A DNA stretch of 64,000 nt from an uncultured virus (IMG/VR IMGVR_UViG_3300014350_000183) (Duplodnaviria > Heunggongvirae > Uroviricota > Caudoviricetes). Where the stretch lies: IMG/VR virus record IMGVR_UViG_3300014350_000183. One strand, 5' to 3'. Positions within the stretch are counted from its first letter, which is position 1; every line of letters starts with the position of its first letter. Of the stretch, positions 58,734 through 64,000 are shown piece after piece. The position numbers and the translations under genes are program-made. Below the pieces are notes generated by a model. That model was not told the origin of the DNA. It did not search any database and saw only the letters and a list, made by a program, of their open reading frames with translations.

Positions 58734-60242
58734 TTAGCGCCAACTTGCCTGCATAAACCCAATCTCTTTCTTTTCCGCCAGCTTATTGAACGCACCCGCC
58801 GTCGCATCGGCTTGGTCACGATACATCCCATTGGGGATGGCAACCATCTCCTCAATGTAATCGTGATTCCATTTGCCCCTGACCAATTTCACATTCCCCG
58901 CTTCGGTCTGTGCGGCGAATGGTTCTAACCGTGTATCCTTATCGCCTGTGGGACGGTCTGCATACACCGAGTGACCAACCAGATTGCGTATGGTGGCTTC
59001 TGCCGATTCCTTCCCACCACTACCCGGTTCTTGTTCGATGAATACGCGAACTTTTCCTGCGCCGTATTTCTGGGCATCCAGTTCAGCCGTTTGCTTAATC
59101 ACCCGTTCCCGTTCCAATGCGGAATACCATCCACGCACCACATCTTCGATGTAAATCATCCCGTCATCTGTCATGGCGATGAGTACGCCCGCAGTCGCGG
59201 CAGATTTTCCATTTCCGTTTGAATACGCCGTCCCTGCTTTGTCCCAATACCTTATCCGTTTGGCATGAATCGGCGCACTGTCCACAATCTCAAACCATGA
59301 CCGCTTAAACCGATTCCCCTCTGCACTTCTCGGCACACCCTGATATTCCGATGTCCATGCCATGATACCAACATCGCGTTTAATCCGCAGGAGTTCTTCT
59401 TTGCTAAATCGGCTTGGCGATAAGGCTTCACCCGCTTCTCTCCCTAATGGGTCTGGCTGACCTATTGGCAACCCCAAATATTGGTTATTTGCATCCCGTT
59501 CTTCTTGAGATTCGGCTAATGCAGGCAGTCTTAATACGGTCCATTCCTCTGGGTTATCCGCCAAAAGCATCCCTGCGAGGTCGTTTTGATGCCACCGCGT
59601 CATAATCAGCACAATCGCACCCCCTTCCCAAATACGGGTACGAAATGTCGCCCGATACCAATCCCACACCCGTTCACGATATGTCCGACTCTGTGCCTGC
59701 TCCCAATTTTCATGCGGGTCATCTATAATCCCAAACAACCCGCCATGCCCCGTGACGGGACCGCCAACCCCAACCGCCAACATGCTCCCACGATATGGCG
59801 CGTTCAATAACCAATTATCCACCGCCCGACTATCTGACCGGGTTTCCACTGGTGGCAGATTGCGTAACGCATACCGTCCAAACAAACGGCTATACTCAGT
59901 AGATTCCACCACAGCTCGCGCCTGACGTGATTTCGATTCTGCCAGTGATGCCCCATAGCTAGATAACACAATCGGGTCATTTGAACGGTCTCCCAAACAC
60001 AAGGCAGGGAAACGGACGGATGTTAATTCGCTTTTCCCATGCTGGGGTGGGGTGAATATCATTAGCCGTTTTATCAACCCCATTCGCACATCATCCAATT
60101 TAGAAGCAATGAGATGATGTACAGGGTCAGCTTTATATTCAGGATAAGTGTATTGCGTGAACGCCATTAACCCCAATCGCGCCAGTTTACGCCGATGGTA
60201 TTCTATACCCGCTTGTTTCCTTGTGATTAACTCACCACCCAT
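58734..60242 (-). CDS. terL: Terminase large subunit
   Basis: PPQHGKSE, IIDDP, MTRWHQNDLAG, YWDKA, IEQEPGSGGK, DQADA. Confidence 0.96.
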   Translation of the reverse strand: MGGELITRKQAGIEYHRRKLARLGLMAFTQYTYPEYKADPVHHLIASKLDDVRMGLIKRLMIFTPPQHGKSELTSVRFPALCLGDRSNDPIVLSSYGASLAESKSRQARAVVESTEYSRLFGRYALRNLPPVETRSDSRAVDNWLLNAPYRGSMLAVGVGGPVTGHGGLFGIIDDPHENWEQAQSRTYRERVWDWYRATFRTRIWEGGAIVLIMTRWHQNDLAGMLLADNPEEWTVLRLPALAESQEERDANNQYLGLPIGQPDPLGREAGEALSPSRFSKEELLRIKRDVGIMAWTSEYQGVPRSAEGNRFKRSWFEIVDSAPIHAKRIRYWDKAGTAYSNGNGKSAATAGVLIAMTDDGMIYIEDVVRGWYSALERERVIKQTAELDAQKYGAGKVRVFIEQEPGSGGKESAEATIRNLVGHSVYADRPTGDKDTRLEPFAAQTEAGNVKLVRGKWNHDYIEEMVAIPNGMYRDQADATAGAFNKLAEKKEIGFMQASWR

Positions 60243-60243
60243 G

Positions 60244-60837
60244 TTAATCCCCCATGATGATAGTTAAAAGTTCCTCATCCGATAATTCTTCGGGGTTAAT
60301 CGTGTGTTGAATCTTGCCAACCACCGCCATTTTAGTGATTTCCAAACCAAGCAATTTGTCAATTTGCGCCTGCGCTTTCATGGCGGTTTCTAACCAATTC
60401 CGTTGTTCACTGGCAATCTTAGGCGAATACACCCGCATTTCGCTCATGGTGGCACTCGCCTTGCGATACCCCTCCCAAGCGCGTGTTTTAATTTCTTCAT
60501 ATTGAGCGATGGATTTTGCCCGCGCATCGTCCACCTGTTGCATACTATCCCGTCGCCACAGCGTATACACCCGTTGTATATCGCGTTGGGCGGTGCGAAT
60601 GGGGATAGAGAGCGCCTCTGCCACCTGATGCCCCTTTGCCCCTTGCACGATGAGATTGGCAACCGTTGCCAGTCGCCTCAGAATTTCTTCATCTTGGTCC
60701 CACGGGATATTCTTCTGATTCCGATTGCGTGGGGGTGGCAATTCAGGGACGATGATTTGCGGTTTTACTTTTTCCGCTTTGGGCTTCGGTGGTTGGGGTG
60801 GCTTCGGTGGTCTACCCCGTTTTTTCGGCTCATCCAT
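60244..60837 (-). CDS. terS: Terminase small subunit
   Basis: HTH (HQVAEALSIPIRTAQRDI), KLLGL, LSDEEL; directly upstream of terL. Confidence 0.8.
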   Translation of the reverse strand: MDEPKKRGRPPKPPQPPKPKAEKVKPQIIVPELPPPRNRNQKNIPWDQDEEILRRLATVANLIVQGAKGHQVAEALSIPIRTAQRDIQRVYTLWRRDSMQQVDDARAKSIAQYEEIKTRAWEGYRKASATMSEMRVYSPKIASEQRNWLETAMKAQAQIDKLLGLEITKMAVVGKIQHTINPEELSDEELLTIIMGD

Positions 60838-61000
60838 CTTCACCCCCCTCTAGTTGTTCATCCTCATCATGGTTGGCATCTTTAACCAAATCCATGCCTT
60901 GCTTGAATTTATCTGCGATTTCCGACTCTGTTTTGGCGTTCATAATTTGTTCCGCCAATTCAAGGGCTTTCATCAATCTTGCTTTCGCATCATCACTCAT
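60830..61000 (-). CDS. Small hypothetical protein
   Basis: ATGA overlap with the ParB-like gene. Confidence 0.55.
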   Translation of the reverse strand: MSDDAKARLMKALELAEQIMNAKTESEIADKFKQGMDLVKDANHDEDEQLEGGEDG

Positions 61001-61755
61001 GAGTTTGTCTCCATTTCCTCTGCTAATTGGGCTAATCTCTCTAGTGCCAAGCGTGCCATTTCTGCCAGTGCGGTTGGCGCATTGACAATATCCATATCGG
61101 CACGCACACGCTGAAACGCTTTCTTCCATTCCTCATAAATCTCGCGGTTGGCAATATACACCGCATCTACTTGCGTCTTGGGCATAATCGCCTCGATGAC
61201 CGCATCAAAGTCGCATTTCTGTGTCGGCAGGAACACCAGCATAATCGTTTTGGCAGTCGTGACCATATTCACATCTACTGGCTTAAAACTCACTGGTTTC
61301 AGGTCAGAAAATTGGGCAGGGTCAATGAACGCCTCAAATCGCGCTTGCACATCGTCGATCTGTTCCCATATCCGCTTCACGATTTCGGGGTCAGATGTGC
61401 CATGAATACTGTTATGAGCTAACTGCTTGGCGCGAATCTGGGATGGGGTGAGTTCCGTGTACACAATGGCGAGTGTCTTAGCGATACCCGCCGTCCGCAT
61501 GGCGCGGATACGATGATGCCCACTGACAATATCCAACCCCTTATCCGTCTTAACCAATAGAGGCAACGATTCTGGCGCACCTGAATTTTTCAGGTTATTC
61601 ACCAATTGGTCAAACATCGCTTTGGGCATGGATTGGGCATTCAGGTCTTGTTCGCGCACATCATCCACCCCCACATACATCAAGCGCATGTTGGTCGGTA
61701 GCACCTGCGCGGATAAGGCTTCGAGCGTGGCATTAATATCGGTTAAGTCGGTCAT
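60997..61755 (-). CDS. ParB/Srx-like domain protein associated with DNA modification
   Basis: NAQSM...IVSGHHRIRA...QLAHNSIHG. Confidence 0.85.
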   Translation of the reverse strand: MTDLTDINATLEALSAQVLPTNMRLMYVGVDDVREQDLNAQSMPKAMFDQLVNNLKNSGAPESLPLLVKTDKGLDIVSGHHRIRAMRTAGIAKTLAIVYTELTPSQIRAKQLAHNSIHGTSDPEIVKRIWEQIDDVQARFEAFIDPAQFSDLKPVSFKPVDVNMVTTAKTIMLVFLPTQKCDFDAVIEAIMPKTQVDAVYIANREIYEEWKKAFQRVRADMDIVNAPTALAEMARLALERLAQLAEEMETNS

Positions 61756-63200
61756 TTTCCATCCTTCTGCACATCGGCAAATCGGGTTAACCACTCTTTC
61801 AGCGTCGCCTCACGACTACGCCGATTCGTGGCGGTGCTATACGTTAACTTATACGTCCCGTCTTTTTGTTGTTCGCGGGTATCCAGCTTAAAAATCCCCC
61901 GCGCACTTTTCACCTCTGGATGATGCGTGAGCATGGTGGTCTTAACGTGTTTCGGCGCTCCGTTCAGCTCATACCAATTCTCTGCACCCAGCACATCATC
62001 CCAAAACCATTCGCTGGTGATGCTCATGAGCGTGAGTTTGTGTAACCTGTCATATCTGGGATGCCCTGCTGTGAAGGCGAATGTGACACTCGCGCAATGC
62101 TCCAGCACCTTATCCCCCTTCTTTATCACCTTCCCCCTACGCAAATCGGCAAGGTGTAATCCGATGATACCCATGAGGAAGCCGTCCGCGATGAGCGCGA
62201 TATACATCTCGGTCACGCTACCCGGTAAACGGTGGATGAACAGGTCGCGGTAATAATCCCCCACCCCTTTTTCGACTCTGAGCGCCTTAATCGCCGTCTT
62301 GTCGGTGATGTCACCCGTGAACAGTGGGAATTTCGCCCCACTCGCCACAATCTTCCCTCTGGATGCTTCGACTCCCACCGGGTCACGGTTAGCGATAATC
62401 CAGTTAATCGCCGCCTGCCCCATACTATTGGGACGGTCTGCAAACACACTCCGCCACGGACTACCCCACTGTGGCGACGGGTCTTCACCATCTGTCGCAT
62501 AGTACATCAGCGAGAGCGCCTCATCTTCTGCCAGCATATCCATGAGCGTGGGATAATCCTTCTCGGTGAATTGCTTGGCACTCGGTTCATCCCACGCGAA
62601 AATCTCATCTATGCCCGCAAACATACGAGAGTAACCCCCGGTATATCGTGGTGGATTAATTAAGCCAACAATATCGGCGCTCCCTAGCTCATTTTCCATC
62701 GTCACCCACATATCTTGAGGCAAGTAAGTCAATCCTTGCAGGTATGACCGCATTTCGATGACCTGCTCCCGCAATTGCCCGATGTACACCAAGCTATTAC
62801 GGACAAGTTCCATCCGCCGATGTTCGTGATACGCCTTCTTGTCCTTCCGCACATATTGCAAAATCCGCACCATGAGCAATACCCCTACCGCCTTATCCAG
62901 TGGGGTTGTCATGAGTGGGGTCATGATGTCGGCATATTCAGGCGATACACCATCTTTGAGGTCTAATCGCCAGTCACTATCCATGATGGCATTGCCGAGT
63001 GCGGTGGAATACAGCGAGATGTCACCACACACGATACTATCTGCCGATACACCCGCCTCACGCGCCACCCACGCCAATGAGAATGACCCGGTACACGGGA
63101 TGACCACCTTGCGCGGTTTGACTGCACCTAACACTCTAGCGGTATACCCTCTCGTTTTGCTTCTCGGTATTCCCCGGAATAAAATATCTGGATTGGAAAT
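61752..63200 (-). CDS. Dam-like adenine MTase-fold plus C-terminal GNAT/Mom-like DNA-modification (anti-restriction) protein; probable ATT start
   Basis: IPCTGSFS, GDISLYS, INPPRYTGGY; C-terminal GNAT-like half; the frame stays open upstream to AAAGGAGG-8 nt-ATT at 63200. Confidence 0.7.
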   Translation of the reverse strand: MSNPDILFRGIPRSKTRGYTARVLGAVKPRKVVIPCTGSFSLAWVAREAGVSADSIVCGDISLYSTALGNAIMDSDWRLDLKDGVSPEYADIMTPLMTTPLDKAVGVLLMVRILQYVRKDKKAYHEHRRMELVRNSLVYIGQLREQVIEMRSYLQGLTYLPQDMWVTMENELGSADIVGLINPPRYTGGYSRMFAGIDEIFAWDEPSAKQFTEKDYPTLMDMLAEDEALSLMYYATDGEDPSPQWGSPWRSVFADRPNSMGQAAINWIIANRDPVGVEASRGKIVASGAKFPLFTGDITDKTAIKALRVEKGVGDYYRDLFIHRLPGSVTEMYIALIADGFLMGIIGLHLADLRRGKVIKKGDKVLEHCASVTFAFTAGHPRYDRLHKLTLMSITSEWFWDDVLGAENWYELNGAPKHVKTTMLTHHPEVKSARGIFKLDTREQQKDGTYKLTYSTATNRRSREATLKEWLTRFADVQKDGK

Positions 63201-63250
63201 ATGCCTACCCTCCTTTCTCCATTGGAGAAACGACCTATATAAACAAAAAG

Positions 63251-63321
63251 ACCAGCCCGTAGGATTTGTCCTACTCCTCCACCTTGAGCAGATGGCGACC
63301 TAACACATAGTCGAGGGCTGG
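63251..63321 (-). ncRNA. tRNA-like four-arm cloverleaf in the 5' leader (not a canonical tRNA)
   Basis: CCAGCCC/GGGCTGG 7-bp closing stem plus three hairpins, followed by a U-rich tract. Confidence 0.6.
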
Positions 63322-63398
63322 ATAATGAGTCTGCCATGCGGAGGGTGTTTTTAGCCTATAGCACATCACACCAACAAAACACTTACCCACAGCATAAC

Positions 63399-63447
63399 AG
63401 AACTTTTGTTTTATCGCAAGTATACCTAACTCGTTTTCATACGTCAA
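63399..63447 (-). promoter_or_regulatory. Leftward promoter of the modification/packaging operon with a LexA-type box at the start site
   Basis: TTGACG (63447-63442), 17 nt, TATACT (63424-63419); AGAAC-TTTT-GTTTT (63399-63412). Confidence 0.75.
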
Positions 63448-63458
63448 GTGCCTAACCC

Positions 63459-63487
63459 TTGCATTTATGGAACGCCTATTCTAAAAT
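63459..63487 (+). promoter_or_regulatory. Divergent promoter of the DUF488 gene with a LexA-type box in the spacer
   Basis: TTGCAT, 17 nt, TAAAAT; GGAAC-GCCT-ATTCT (63469-63482). Confidence 0.65.
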
Positions 63488-63529
63488 ATATATAATGTAA
63501 TGTGGTTTACTAATAAAGGATAAATCAAA

Positions 63530-63985
63530 ATGACAACACAACTTCACGCCCTCTATACACTCGGTTACACTGGCGCTAAACTCAATGACATCCAAGCATG
63601 GCTCGAATCCAATAACGCCATTCTCGTAGATACTCGCTATTCACCCCTCTCGCGTGTCACCACTTGGCAAGGCGATAATCTCAAAAAGGTCATCGGCTCT
63701 CGCTATATCCACATGCGCTCACTTGGCAACAAGAACTACAAGAAACAATTCGGTGAAGGCATTATGATTGTAGACATGGAAAAAGGCGCATCCGACCTGC
63801 TCAATATCCTCAAGACGCAACCTGTCGTATTGATGTGTGCTTGCGAGGATTATCACACCTGCCACCGCACCACCACCGCCGATGAGATGGCAAAACGCTA
63901 TGGGGTTAAAGTGGTGCATCTGGCACTATCCGACCTGAAACCCACACCACCTAGCAAATCCGAACAAGACAAATTCCCCTTCTAA
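63530..63985 (+). CDS. DUF488 family protein
   Basis: LYTLGY, LVDTRYSPLSR, YIHMRSLG, VVLMCACEDYHTCHR. Confidence 0.88.
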   Translation: MTTQLHALYTLGYTGAKLNDIQAWLESNNAILVDTRYSPLSRVTTWQGDNLKKVIGSRYIHMRSLGNKNYKKQFGEGIMIVDMEKGASDLLNILKTQPVVLMCACEDYHTCHRTTTADEMAKRYGVKVVHLALSDLKPTPPSKSEQDKFPF

Positions 63986-64000
63986 TCCGTTACCCAAACC

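Larger units (their letters stand above)
1..64000. mobile_element. Temperate siphovirus-like phage; probable phage-plasmid
   Basis: Head, tail, lysis and packaging modules, iteron replicon and parA; no host housekeeping genes. Confidence 0.92.

Noticed and set aside
63251..63321. Canonical tRNA-Glu(CTC)
   Set aside because: Lacks the TTCRA T-loop, canonical linker lengths, U33 and CCA; kept as a tRNA-like element instead.
1..64000. Integrase, att sites, CI repressor, reverse transcriptase/DGR, transposase
   Set aside because: No recombinase, S24 peptidase, RT or DDE motifs were recognised in any ORF; they could lie outside the window.

Overview
This window is a large part (possibly most) of a temperate long-tailed (siphovirus-like) phage genome. 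The host is probably a Chloroflexota/Anaerolineae-type bacterium; that is inferred from protein families and Gram-positive-type SOS boxes, not proven. Layout: + accessory genes (1-3.7 kb); a - operon with a ParA partition module and a minimal PolX (3.8-8.3 kb); a + recombination/replication operon with a RecT-like protein, an HTH initiator carrying an internal iteron origin, and DnaB (8.7-13.9 kb); a + cluster of small accessory genes including an ASCH-exonuclease fusion and an RNA ligase (14.1-22.7 kb); an ICE-type methyltransferase-SNF2 helicase module (22.8-27.6 kb); an AT-rich island with an HSDR_N protein, NurA, HerA and a DNA methyltransferase (27.7-32.9 kb); a structured non-coding region and + early genes (33-37.9 kb); the - lysis, tail, head and packaging modules (38-61 kb); a - ParB plus Dam-like/GNAT DNA-modification pair (61-63.2 kb); and a divergent DUF488 gene. 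No integrase or CI repressor is visible, which suggests a plasmid-like prophage. Most notable: (i) LexA-type GAAC-N4-GTTC boxes on most operon promoters, including late ones; (ii) a tRNA-like cloverleaf leader plus an ATT start codon in front of the DNA-modification gene; (iii) a NurA-HerA-MTase island that may be an undescribed defence system; (iv) a protein carrying two HsdR C-terminal-like modules; (v) covarying tandem hairpins and a promoter/terminator-bounded sRNA; (vi) glycosyltransferases inside the head module. All family calls come from motif recognition by eye; no database searches were run.
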